Shown here piece by piece: positions 1 through 13,345 of a DNA stretch of 64,000 nucleotides. Numbering within the stretch: the stretch's first letter is position 1; each line of letters opens with the position of its first letter. The position numbers and the translations under genes were made by a program. This DNA comes from Lingula anatina. Lineage: Eukaryota; Animalia; Brachiopoda. The notes below the pieces were generated by a model that was not told the DNA's origin, ran no database searches, and saw only the letters and a program-made list of their open reading frames with translations. The stretch covers positions 55,840,788 through 55,904,787 of the forward strand of contig CM120640.1 of the NCBI GenBank assembly GCA_051362555.1, given 5' to 3'.

Positions 1-735
1 ACTTGAATACCCTTTTTCAATATGTAAATAAAAGGTCAGTAAATTCAACTGTTGCTTTTCTTCATATATCACATATTGCAGTACTTATGATCCCCCCCCC
101 CCCAAAAAAAAAAAGTGGCTATCGTCCCCATTATTTCTAAGGCGTTAGTAAATAACATACATGTACAGGAATACAGGGTGTGTGGTGATTAGTGCAAGCA
201 ATGTCCTCGTAAAATGCAACAAAATAATGATTTCCTCTTTCCGTCTTCTCTTAAGATAACGAATTTCTGGTATATAAAAGTGGCAGTCATATTTATGGAA
301 CATTTGGTTTTTATCACCAGCATTTTATATCTTCATGAAACTATTGTTAACATCCTGAAATCAGGAGTAAGTTGTCACTACCTAAAGAGAAAAAATGTTG
401 AATACCACAACTTTTACATACTGTTTGGTCTATGTCATTGCAATTAACCTGTTGTTTTCTCTAGCATACAGTTTTTCTGCATATAAACGGTAACGTTATA
501 CATAGAGAAATGAGTTGTAGTAATTATTATGGCAGTTATTCATACACTGTTCAAATATTAAAATAATCATTAACAGCAATGTTTTGAGACAGCATGTATG
601 TATCAATATCCCACCTGAAAATGTACAACTATTCGATGGTGAAAATAATCCATGTTATGGCAAGAAGATAATTTTTTCTGCTAAATCATGTTTACTAATA
701 GAAACCATTCATATCGCTTATGAATATTATTTGAA

Positions 736-739
<4 letters not shown>

Positions 740-802
<63 letters not shown>
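740..802. repeat. (TA)n microsatellite
   Basis: Perfect TA run. Others lie at about 3533-3567 and 47555-47625; (CA/GT)n runs at about 15422-15471, 24952-24999 and 26545-26580. Confidence 0.95.
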
Positions 803-805
<3 letters not shown>

Positions 806-2089
806 TAAGGTCGTAGGAGGGTTTAGCCCGTCTTTGTTTGGATTCAAATTGCTAATCATTAAGTAAAATAGAGATGGTCACCCAGTGATTCCATGTACAT
901 AGGATGAAAGGGTTAAATCGTGCAACAAGAAGGTTATGGTGTACGTATTCATACGAATGGATCGGGACATTATCATTTTTTCAATTTTCTTTGCATTGAT
1001 ATCTAATCAAAAACGAAGAGTATCGTGTTTTGGGTGCGGGTTTTACGTCCCAAAATGTTCAACACAGACGGTAAATATAGCCAGTGAATACATGGAAAAT
1101 TGTTAATATAAAATGCGATGATTGAAATGAAACAGATTGACATCTCTTATTTATGACCATATGCGAGAGAACATATCAGAGATGAATTGGCATGTTGATC
1201 AGCCTATTAACCGACGTGTGACGGGTGTGGAACATAATTACGTACGTTTACAGAGAGTTCGTAGAAATCTGATGAGAAAAAACGTATCTCCCTGGCGTCA
1301 TCGATGGTTTTCTAGTCAGTTGAATTGTCTTGTACTTGCAGACCATAACTTTATCAAATCCAGTTTGAAAGTTTTCCAAAAGACAAGTTCAATGTTTCGG
1401 TGTTATTGCGTGTATGTTTTATGATTGCTTTCTTCATTTGTATAGAGGCTAGTAAAGGGATAAAAGGAATTCTTCCAACTGCAATTGGTATGCATGAGTA
1501 GAAAAGGACGTAAGGCGCCTTTCATTTACAAGTCAATAAAAATGAGAAAAAAAGGGAAATTCTTAACAAATTAATCCCTACAAGCGGCCTCTTAATGACT
1601 CGCCTGTTCACTAATGAGTTGACAATCCTACACCGTTTAAAAATTTATCAAAAATATGCGCACTTACAGCCTACTCTATTTAATCTGAAATACATCGCAT
1701 TTTTTGTCAGACTTAAGGTTTCAGTTGTCGGGTGTGAACATCAGACCGAGGTAAGTTATTCATAATTTGTTCTCTTTAGTGTTAATTAAGTGTTCAAAAT
1801 GAAAAGAAAGATTGCATACCATAACTTAATGTCAGCACACTTGTGAATTTTTGGTTTCAGATATACGAGGGTACCTCAATTTCACACCTGTAGTTAAGAA
1901 ACTATCTACAGTTGAGTTAAAAGTGTCCTAAAATTTATGATAAAATATCTAAAAGAATAAACCAGTTTCGTAAATAAATGAAATAAAGTAGTATTTGTAG
2001 TATTCTTTTACAAAACCACCTGTTGAAAATTGTGATTAAAAAATTCAATATTTGAATATTCTATCATTTTAGGATTGAACATCGTAAAA

Positions 2090-3530
2090 ATGAGATACTG
2101 TAATGTTCTTGCATTGGCTTTCATCGTCCTTTTTGGGATCAAAGCAGGTATGTTTAAACATTATAAGACAAGTTTCAGACAAAGAACAGGACTTCAATTA
2201 AGAATGTATTTAGAATAACCATTTTTCTTAGTTTTCCCTTGTTTTCACAGACTTAGTGGATGAACTTGTTTAATGATTAAACTCGGTATATCCCTGACGT
2301 ATATCTATATCTGAGATTACCGTGATACGATACGTTATTACACAAAGAAACGTTAGGGTATTAGCATTGCCTTATATTCATCAACAGCTATGGAAAGTAA
2401 GATATTCCCGAAAAGATTCCATAACTTCTCAAAGAGTACTATTCAAACAATGTCAATCAATAGTTCCCAATGTTTTCAAACTTGGCATGGAGGCAACAAT
2501 TTAATCGTTTATTATTATTATTTTTTTTTTGTTTTTGTTTTTGTATAGACATACCGATATTTTTTTTCTACCTTTCAGATGCAAAAGTGCCCCCAGAATG
2601 CTTGTGTAGCCTTCACGGTATACGCGGCGGGACTATGTACACGTCCTGTGATGAGGCACATATCACCTTTTCAGGTAAAAAATATTCTTGTCACAAGAAA
2701 GCATCCCTCCCCTGCAAAAAGAAAAATCCCTGTCATTGAGTTTGATTATCCTTGAAGTCACATCTTCGTGTTATTTTTATTTCTTTGATTCTGATTACAG
2801 AGCCTTTATAACGCGGGTAGATATTCTAGTTGAGAGTCTTGGGTCACCCAAGGTTTAGATTGCAAGTATCTTTGTTTGTCACTAAATTTTAAGACTATGA
2901 CCTCTTCAGTATCCAATGTTTGAACTATATAGGCTCATGCACGTATTCTCTGATGAAGACATGCAACGACACTTCTGACGACATGATCTACAAGCCACCT
3001 TTCAAAGTTGAAGTAAAGAACGATTACAAAACCGAAAACGACAACCAAAACACCTTTGTTCGTGAAATCAGCGTTTCATTTCGTGACAACAGCATAACAT
3101 TTGACTCCAAGGGGGGATTTATGGTAAGATTTTTCCAATTTATAACATATCTAATTTCATTGTGTTTGTGTTTATTAAAAATTTTTAGTTTTAAATGAAA
3201 GAAGAAATGGATGTACTAGTACAACTTGCGGTTAGTAATAGTGATTAGAGTGTCGCAAGGGAGTTTATTTAAAGAATTATTACAGCAATTGTAAAATGAA
3301 ATGTCTGACAGTTGTTTCTCAATCTTTTTAAATGTAACATTCGACTGCAGGTAAACAACAACCAAGCGGCAACAAACTATATTGGAGACGGGTTTACTGT
3401 GACTCGTTTGGAACTGGCAGAATTTGATGTGATAGAGCTCAATACAGATTTTAGTCTGAAAATTCTTATTCACACGAACAGTCCAACGCATAGAATTCGA
3501 GTCAAAGTGGGACGGTAAGTAATATATAGG

Positions 3531-3569
<39 letters not shown>

Positions 3570-6500
3570 ATTCTTATATACCGCACAGCACATGCGTCTC
3601 AGCGCGGTTTACATTGCACGCCTGGCCATTTTTGGCCCTGATACAGACTGACTGGGTGAGGATACAGGGATACAGTCCAGCTGCCGTATGAGCTGCTGAA
3701 AGGTAGCAAACGTTTTTTTTTTTTTTGCCTTCCGTGTTGTCAAGGTTTGACACAACCTTAATATTATTATTATTGGAGAAGCTTGTCAGCAGTAAAGGAA
3801 CAATCCAAAAGAGGCTATTGGAACATGTTGCACACTTCTTCAGCAGAGTTGTCAGTAAGAAGACCCTCATCACCAGGGTAAACCGGATGGCAATATCACC
3901 ACACGTGCTGTAAAACCCCTAAACTGGACAGTGCGTCGCAAAAACGGCACCAGTTGGTAATATCTGATACCAACTCATCTGATAGATCAATCTTCACCCT
4001 TTCCGAAACTGGAGTAAGTTTAAAGAATTTGGAGAAACAGGAGAGCTCCGAGAACAGGTGGCCCTGAAAACATGCAGATCACGATCAGCTCAGAGCTGCA
4101 TTTTGTAACCCAACGCAATTTACAACCTAAGAAAAACGGGAAGGTTAATGGGTTACCTCTACACCATGCACAGTGATGGTTTTACTGAATATTTAACTGA
4201 AGAGATTGGTATACTTTCCTTCTTTTGATCATTTCTTTTTGAAATTCAGGAAAACAGACAGGGCCGTGGCCTGAGCAAAATGCCAGGGGGGGAGGGGGGG
4301 GGCAGTAAGCACCCCGCACACGATGAGCAATTGGCGCGCGCCACTTGCGCTGCGCCAGATGCTCGCGCTCCTCAGCTCCCCGCAAAGCTCTCAGCAGAGG
4401 TGCCTCCCGGCCTGCCCCTATCGGACGCACCGCGAACTGTGGGATCATGTGATTAACGAAACAATACATATTTATTTCTTTTCTGAAAGTAATGGCAAAT
4501 GGTGACCACGTTAATCAATCAGACTAACTATAACTGTGAACATTTTTGTTTACTTCGCTGGGGGCTGCCATTTTTCTTTGTTCCCGGCTACCGGCACATG
4601 CGCATTGTTGGCATGGCGTGAGCAATCGGCGCTTGCACCCCGCACACGCTGAGACATTTGCCTCAAGAGACCAAAAATATCAAACACGTGAGATATTTTG
4701 CTCAGCCGCGCGAGAGGCAAAAATCTCACCAAAATACCCCCGCAAACGGTGAGAAAACGGCCCCGTCTTTAAAGGGGCCCGCACACGGTGAGACATTTGC
4801 CTCAAGAGACCAAAAATATCAAACAAGTGAGATATTTTGCTCAGCCGCGCGAGAGGCAAAAATCTCACCAAAATACCCCCGCACACGATGAGAAAACGGC
4901 GCAGCGCAAGTGGCGCGCGCCAAATGCTCACCGTGTGCGGGCCCCTTCACTTGTTTGATATTTTTGGTCTCTTGAGGCAAAGAGCGCAGAGTTTGCTGGG
5001 AGCTGAGGAGTGCGAGCATCTGGCGCAGCGAAAGTGGCGCGCGCCAATTGCTCACCGTGTGCGGGGTGCTAGCGGACACGAGGGGGCGAAGCCCCCGAGA
5101 GGGGAGGGTGGGGGAGGTGGTGTGCCCCTCCCACGGTGTGGAAAACTTTTAAAAACTGTATGTATAATACTACATTCTGGTGCATTTTAACTGTTCAAAT
5201 ATTGCTCAATCAGAAGTCAGAAATTGTGGGTTCATTTTGCCATAAGTACAGTCATTTTTTCAACACAACACGCCAATTGGACTTTTTGGCATGAACTGAG
5301 TTGGCTAAAAACAGTACACCTTTGTTAAAAGATTGTTGAATGATTGTCTAGTGGCCATGAGTGCATTTTCTCACGGAATTGATACCAACTTTGCAATTAC
5401 TTTTTTTTCCCTTGCGATTATTTTTTTGCACCTCAAATCCCGGGGGAGGGGGGGGGCAGCTGCCCCCCCTGCCCCCCCCCCCCCCCCCCCCGGAGGTTAC
5501 GGCCCTGACAGATTTGGCGCACGCTTAAGTTACCTCACATCCTAGTCCGACATCAGCCCCACAACTTTGGGAAATTAAGTTGTACATTTTCAGCGTTGTC
5601 TAATTTTTTTAGACTACCAGTTCTTCAAAGCGTCTCAGACGTCTAGACTTGCAGAACGCCATGAGGTTGCAAAATACTTAGTCAATTTTCATTATAAAAT
5701 GCGTTATGGTTGCAATTTCTAGGTTGCAAAAGGACAATCCACTTTGATACTGGTTTGGGATCGCATTGGTTATTACAGACCTGGTCATGTTGTTCTGGTG
5801 AATGGATGCATTAGCCTCGAGGCCTACCTTGAAATATGGGACAAACGCCTGTTCTTTGTAAAAACCACTCCGTTAATCTCCAAAGATGATAACGCAAGAC
5901 CACAGAGCACGAACCACCCAAAAGAAGTCCACCGGAAGGGCTGGCCAGTCACCAGATTTACATCCCATAGCGAAATCTTTGGGATTACATTTTCAAACAA
6001 ATTTTCAAAGATGATAATTACAAATCGTTCTAATTCAAATAGTCTCCGGGGGAAATCATTATTTACTAGTCTGCAACTCATTCCCAGTTAAGTCTATTTT
6101 ATTATGTGCATACATGGAAACGGCTTTGCCTTCTCTAAATATCTTGTCCGTTGTCTCTTCAGATAACAGACTTTGCGTAAGTTTTTCTTAGGCATCTAGC
6201 GACTCAGTATTCTATCACTTTAATCAAACTTTTAAAACGGTTTGTGGTGAAAATTTGCTACGTTCATCCAGGAGCACCTGAGTAACATTACTGGGGACGA
6301 TTGATTTAACTCCCCACCATTGAAGGGTCTACCCTGCGATTGCTATTAAGTGCAGAGTAACAGTTTTAACAGTTTTAAAAAAAACTATTATTCGGAACAC
6401 AGCTTCCCAACCGCTGCAGATAAGATCAACAAATTGATTTTATTATTGACAAAGTTATGAAGAACAATCCTGTGCCATAGATTTTGATAACACATTTTAA

Positions 6501-7884
6501 TCCGATGATATGTTGTCTTCTTAACAAAAGTCCAGTGAAAGTTGGTGTACTTTAAAACTATAAGTGATGAAAACTAAACAGAGATTTGTTGAAAATCGGA
6601 GGGTGCAGCACAGCTCTTTTTTTCATATGATGTATGAGTCCAGGTATTAGAGAACATCAAGAAACCGGAAATAGGACTTTCCCTCAAACCGCAGATATGT
6701 CGTCATCACCAAAATGACCATACATTAGCTGGAGACAAACGGTGTCCATGAACAATTTATGATAATATAATAACAACCAGTCTTATGAAAAGGTGTTTAA
6801 AGCCTGATTTTGGTAACAGGGCATATAAAATTTAAATGTCACCAAGGAAAGTTTTATCTTGCAGTGACGTTGTGTTGCAAATAGCCTACATGTAGGAAAA
6901 CAGATATTGTATTAGAAATTCATTTTTTTCTGTTTGTAGCCGTTACCATAAAAAGCTATGTGGCTTGTGTGGGAACTATGATGGAAAGTCAGGGAATGAC
7001 TTCCAAGTGCACGGCGATCTTCTGGATAACACATATCGGCAAGGGGCATCTAATGAAATGGCTAAAGGCAATGTAGTGCAAGACCATCATTCTACCGAAC
7101 CGTAAGTACACAGCGAGCGAGAGAGCGTTTTATCATATTGTGAACTTATGTGCGTGTTGGTAGGGGGTATGGTGTATGTATAGGTTCCTGTTTGATTTAA
7201 CGGCACATCTGACAAGTTTGATTTTGTATCAAAATCAAAGTTTTTTAGTCAGTTACAGTGAATTTTGTAATTTATTAGCGTTTTTTACTCGAATACATCA
7301 TGTTTATAAACAAATAAAAAGCAGTTAAACCAATCATCCATTCAACTATGCATGGCACATAGTGTTATTGTCATTGCAATTTTGCAGACATCATACTGCT
7401 GTTAAGTATCGAAATAACAAACGTATTTTTTATTTTCTTGTAGACATTCTGTTTATTCTTCTACAGGTGTGAGCCCGTAGTCAACATGCCGCATCCAAAT
7501 CAGGTGTTGGAGAGGATGATGGATACAGAAAAGGTTAAGGCTTTATATGGAGACTGCAGTGATGAAGATCATAAAGAGGAGGGAATTTCCAGGTGCGATG
7601 TGTCTGATCCAAACCACCCGACCAAAGGCTCCTTCACGTCCTGCATAAAAAGTCTGGAGAACAGCTATTTCCTTGAGCCTATCCTCGAGGGTTTTATTAG
7701 TGGTTGTACTGCAGCTTACTGTTTTGGCAAGAGCGAGAGGGCGGAAAATCGCAATGCTTGCTACTACATGAAAGCACTTTCTGATGCCTGCGATGAACAT
7801 GGTCAGAAAGTGTCTGGCTGGTGCAAGGCCATGGAGTGTCCTGCAAGAGGAGGTTGCGAGAAATGGGAACCCAAGTATTTGTAG
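2090..7884 (+). CDS. Secreted VWD + C8-like domain protein, paralog 1 (about 362 aa, 6 coding exons)
   Basis: Exons 2090-2147, 2579-2674, 2933-3123, 3351-3514, 6940-7101 and 7467-7884 join in frame via GT-AG (1089 nt). Signal peptide MRYCNVLALAFIVLFGIKA; VWD hallmarks GSCTYSL and LCGLCGNYDG; Cys-rich C8-like C-terminus. Confidence 0.85.
4000..6000 (+). pseudogene. Degraded Tc1/mariner-type transposase relic in an intron of VWD paralog 1, interrupted by a MITE
   Basis: 5744-5995 translates LVWDRIGYY..YLEI..KDDNARP and then, across frameshifts, WP / SPDLHPI / NLWDY. This matches the Tc1 DD34E motifs VMVWG, QDNARPH and WPAQSPDLNPIENLW. KEFGETG near 4022 resembles the N-terminal region. Boundaries are approximate. 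Confidence 0.7.
4259..5507. mobile_element. Composite non-autonomous DNA transposon with CAGGGCCGT termini and a 5-bp TSD, containing nested inverted-repeat elements
   Basis: Termini CAGGGCCGT...ACGGCCCTG flanked by ACAGA on both sides. Internal inverted repeat of about 80 bp (starting 4308, ending 5070), an inner 21-bp perfect inverted repeat bounding 4772-4947, and a direct repeat of about 105 bp (about 4637 and 4778). Confidence 0.8.
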
Positions 7885-9427
7885 GAGGAGATATAAAACT
7901 GGATTTTGTGATTTACGTAAATTCATGCTCAGAAACAATTCTTTGTAGAATTTAGTTTTGGCCTCCTTTCTTGTTATTGACTATTACATACGTTTTTAGG
8001 TAGAGGGTTTAAAACTGCTGATGCCGTTATACGGTACTTCTGCCCCTTGACTGTCATGGACGCAGTGAAAGTCTTTATAATCAGAACCAGGAAAGATATT
8101 TCAGTAAGACAACATAAAAAGCAAACCCTTCATTAGCGCAACAAAATATGCATGTACTGTGTCGGGGTTATAGGTTTATTGCATGTGCATACCTGCTAAT
8201 CACCTACAATAGTTTTTTGCTTAGTGGAATAAAAGGGTTCGTGTTTTTTCTTGAAATTAAATGTAATTTCCTTGGCTTTTTTCAAATTTGTGTATTAAGA
8301 AAAGTGTCTGCGCTTTAGTCCATCAATAGTTTGTCAATTATCTTGTCACTTCCTTTTTCACATTGTTTTCCTTTTAAATTGCAATCTATGCGGGAATAAA
8401 TCACTGACAATAGATATGTTACAGTCTCAAAATCCTTAAAATATCTACTGTTCCATGACATACTGGCGCAATACTAACTGATAGCCCTTTTTTCCCGATG
8501 CTAAGTTTAACTAATTAAAATGATAATTTTAATAATAAAACTATTTAAAAAGAGAGAGAGTATAAGCTTAAAATCACGTCATTAATATTTCCCTTTAAGT
8601 ATGCTCTCTGAGAGGCCCCAGAAAAGAAGTAGCAGGGACATCATTAACAAAGGTCCAGTTTTGACGTTTGTTCTTTGTAATCAAAATGCACATATTATCC
8701 AATAAAATGAAATGGGGATGACAAAAAAACGTACCCAGTTCGAAAAGTGGTTTGCATCGTATCGTTGATAGAGGGGTCCTGTTACTTTGCACTTGGTTAC
8801 ATTGTAATGGGTCCACAATTTATAACATATCTAATCTAAGAGGCAACAGATTGATATATTCTATTAATGCTTAATTGAATGCTTGCGAACCGCCTATCTG
8901 TAGTTTCAACGGAGAGTAGAACATTACTTACACTCATAAACGGTCAATAGTTATGATAATCTCTTAAATATTAATTTACGTTGGCGCTTTCAACATGTTA
9001 TTACTTGCACTGAGATGGAGTCATATTAAGGAACTGTTCAATCATCCAGTATATTGTATGTTCCTTTATGGATTCACCCGTATGTTATGGTGTTAGTAAC
9101 CCACCCCTACTGAAACATTCAGCAGAAGTTTACGTACGTACCCTTAGCAATGTTACATAAAAGAAGAGGAATTTGTTAAGAAACGCCACTTTCTGACAGT
9201 TCAATAACTAAACGGACAGGTGAGGCGGCTGTTAGGTATGTTTCAGTTTTGTAATGTAGAATTCAAACTATTTTTAAGATAAATAGCATGATTTACTGAA
9301 ACTTAGAATTTGAATTGGATTCAATTTGAAGAACATTTTAAACCTTTCATTTCCACCCACTAGCAAAGATGGTTTGCAACGGTAGATGTACTGACATACA
9401 GTTTTCTCGTCGTTTCAGTGACAACCG

Positions 9428-12400
9428 ATGAAGATGAAAAACGCTCCTTCAACGATTTTGTTGTTGATCGGTCTATTCACTGCTAAATCAGGTACATATA
9501 TCTTGTGAAGAAATTCAAAATAAACTATTTCTAACATATATTCGGCAACAAAGGTGATGAAAACCAAAGGAGTTTTGGTATGAAACTTATAAAGAAAATA
9601 AAGTAGTTTCATTATGAAATAAATCGAGGAAAATTATTCCCAATGCTAAACACTAGAACGGCATATTTTAGAATCAAGCGTCAAATACTTTGGTAGACAT
9701 TGACACAGCCACAGTTTTCTCGATGGTGACATTTGCAGAGCGAATTGAACGAATTTACTGCAACAATTAAACGAAAATAGCAGAAAATGTAAACATCTTG
9801 TGAAAATAATAGATCTACAGACATTAAACTCTACCGCTATACGTTGGCACTTCGCTGGTTTATGTATGTTTTTAAAAGTATGTGGCTAATTTATTTAGCT
9901 GACGATGAACGAAACATTTATAAACATTATAAACATTATTTGAATTTTTTTCTAATTGGCTTAAGTCGTTTAGGGCTTTTTTGGTCGTTTTTTATTTTGT
10001 TTATTTTATTTGTTTTATTTATTTTTGCTTGAAACGCACTTGCCTTCTCTAAAAGCTGCCGCATTTTTTTCAGAATACATGTCATACTATTTAATTCTGT
10101 TTTGCCGAGGGATTCGAAAATTGACAAACGTTTCAAATGGTATATGTCATGCATAGAAATAAAAGAATGGGGTATGTGAGGGTTTTGTCACATTCGTTTT
10201 GAACATTTTACACTGATTTTCATTATACATAGTTTTAAAGAAATCAGAAAAATAAAAAATGAAGTTGAATATATATTCATGAATTCTACTTTTTTCTAAA
10301 TCTAGTTTTTTGTGTAATCGTGCAAACGTTTTTCCGATTCATGTCTTGCTAGTATGCGCAGTTTTCGTATTCATTAACGAAGGTTTGAGTTTAAAAAAAT
10401 ACCAACCCTATTTGATAATTTTTGAACGTTTTTAATGCAAACATGAAGCAGATTGCGCTTAAGGGGTATTTAAAATGCACGTTAATTTGACTGATACATT
10501 TTGTCCTCAACTTCAAGTATATTTCCACAATGCCTGTTTAGAAAGGTTTAGCAAATTACTTTCTATACTTTATAGAGAATACAGTTTTGCTTCGTGTAAA
10601 ACATTTTCTATTCCCTGTCACCATATCGTCTAACTAGTCATGCATGTAACTAAAAAAGGTTTAGGTTTATGCACCTGGTTTATTAATCACAGGACGATTT
10701 TACGACAGTCGTTTGCTTTGCTTACCAATCAAAGTGACAGCCAAGAGTGGTTAGGACAGATATGCTATACAGTTATACACAGATTTTGAGGGAAATGCCA
10801 CTTTTTGTCGGTAATTACAGGCCATGAAACCTGCAAGGTTCCGATCGGCCCTTAGTTTTTACATACTAGTATCCTTAGAATGAGGACCAAACGCTAGTAT
10901 GGAACCGTGCAGTGCATGTTTTTTTGCAAAACGTTCGAAGAAGAGTCAATGTTGGACTTATATGACTTGATTGGTTACCTGCATGTAAAAACAGTATGTG
11001 AAAACAACATCGCGGATTGGGATCTAAAGATAAGCCAATCTACAAAATCAGCCGACTTCCAAATATAGTGAGACCTAACTGAAAAACTATTGACTTTCCA
11101 GCCATGTTGAAAGTTCATTTTTTCATCTAAGACAAAAAGTCGCATTTTTATTATTCCTTTCTTCCAGATGCGAGTTTTCCCTCATCCTGCACTTGTTTTG
11201 CCCATGGCTACAGGGAGGAGATAGTATTTGAATCCTGCGACGGAGCATATATTACGTTTGGAGGTACGGTTAAATGCATCCTAACAAGGCACATGTAATA
11301 TCATATTAAAATATCCAAAAGGGGAGTTTGCAGTTGTCAATTTGATTTCTCGTCACTGCAACTTTTTATTTTAGTTTTGCATTGTTTTGCAGTGTTTTGG
11401 AGTGTTTTGCATTGCCTTTCTTCAATGGCGAATACCTTTAAATATTGCAGGATCGTGCTCGTATGATCTTATGAGAACATGCACGCCGGATGGTCTGGAC
11501 AATAAGCCACCTTTCAGCGTTGTTGTCAAAGCAGGTTACACCACTGAATTCGACAATAAACAGACATTTGTCTCGCGAGTAACCATCAATTTCGAAAACG
11601 AAAACGTTGTAATGGATACGAGGGGTGGTTTTATGGTAAGGAAAAGGGATGATACTGGCAAACTAAACAGTAAACAGAAAAGAATATATCGTATTTATTG
11701 TTATACAAAATCTTTCAATCATCACATCTTATTCTAAATAAATAATTAAATAAATAAATAAACATTAATTAATCCAGTAATGTTGATTTACATTCAATAT
11801 AAGCCATATTTGTGTTTGTCCTTTATATTTTATACTTTATACTTCCGCTTGGGTTAATGGGGAGAAATAAATAAACATTAGTTAAATCCAGTAATGTTGA
11901 GTACATTCAATGTCATTTCAGGTGAATGGAATGATAGAGACTACGGACTATTTTGGAGATAACTTCAACGTTACTCGGGTGGACCGTCCTGAATATTCTT
12001 TGATAAAGTTTCAAACACACTTCTCACTCAGGGTTCTTATTCACATCGGTGCACGCTCACATAAAATTCGGGTCAGAATCGGACGGTAAGACATTTCTTT
12101 CACAAAATTGGGAAACCATACGTAGTGTGCAAACAACATTATGCAGCTGAGTAGAATATTTCAGTGCATTAAAAATTGGCCGTGATAAATACGCGAATGA
12201 GGTTACAGTATCATTTACACCAGTTGTTCGATTATTCATGTACCATTCATATGCTGTGTAATATAATTGAATTGTGTCTACTGTGTCTAAAAACATATAT
12301 TTGATAAAGACAGCGAGATAGCTAAATAGAACGACCCATTGTAATGCAAAGTGAAAATTAGATAACTAACAAAGCATCCACCTTTCTAGGCATTACCAAA

Positions 12401-13345
12401 GATCACTGTGTGGTCTGTGCGGGAACTTTAACGATGAAACGGCTGATGACTATCAAACTGCGGACGGTGAAAATGTGACTGACCTTGCCTACCTAGACCG
12501 ACAGGCTGCGTCTGAAGAAATTGCTAAGAGTATGCTGGTACAAGAACACGAACAAGAGCTGTAAATATTTTTCATATTATATAGGCCCCTTATCTGCACA
12601 GAAAGCACATCGACTTATTCAAGTCAAATTTGTTAAAAAAGCAAAATAAATACGACTCATTACCTCCGACCGAGGTCTAAAGATTTTGCCTTAAATTTCA
12701 CAAATCTCAGAAAACCCAACTTGGTATTTAGTTCTAAAGAGGGTTTATTCAAATATTTTAATAATTAAAAAATATAAAGATAAATGCTTTCTTTATTGCA
12801 TCAATATTCCCCCACGCTTGAAAGACACCCAATTAACTTGTTGCTACATCTAAATATAGAAAATCAACTACCAACATTCCATGAAACGTGTTTTTGTTGT
12901 TGCATTGAATTCTAAATTAGAACATTACTTATTTTTTCAAAGGTGTGAACCTATTGTCAACAGGCCGAGTCCACATCAGATGCTAGAAGCGATGATCGAT
13001 AGAGAAAAGGTTTTCGACATTTATGGTAGCTGTGCAAAAGAAGAAGATGAAATAGAGGGGAATGCCCAGTGTAATGTTACTCTTGAAAACCACCCGACGA
13101 AAGGATCCTTCGCGAACTGTTCGAAGGATTTAGATGACGACAATAAGCTCAAGTTCGTTGAAGCTTGTTCCGCAGCTTACTGTGCTGGCAAGTCTCACAG
13201 GGCAAAAGAACGCAACGTCTGTTACTTTATTGAAGCACTTTCCCGTGTCTGCCGAGAAAACCTGAAGCCGGTGCATAACTGGTGCATGCCCATGAAATGC
13301 CCCGCACAAAAAGGTTGCAGTAAATGGGAACAAAAGTATGACTGA
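9428..13345 (+). CDS. Secreted VWD + C8-like domain protein, paralog 2 (about 360 aa, 6 coding exons)
   Basis: Exons 9428-9491, 11168-11263, 11451-11635, 11922-12085, 12390-12560 and 12943-13345 join in frame (1083 nt), with the same intron positions and phases as paralog 1. Motifs GSCSYDL, LCGLCGNFND, HPTKGSF and CPAQKGCSKWE. Confidence 0.85.

Noticed and set aside
4637-4890. Direct repeats superficially like a CRISPR array
   Set aside because: Only two long copies inside a transposon, in a eukaryotic context, with no cas genes.
4182-5545. Cluster of overlapping GC-rich ORFs
   Set aside because: They lie within nested inverted and direct repeats of MITEs, and the repeated peptides simply mirror the DNA repeats.
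11745-11912. Direct repeat of about 45 bp in an intron of VWD paralog 2
   Set aside because: A simple local duplication with no further structure.
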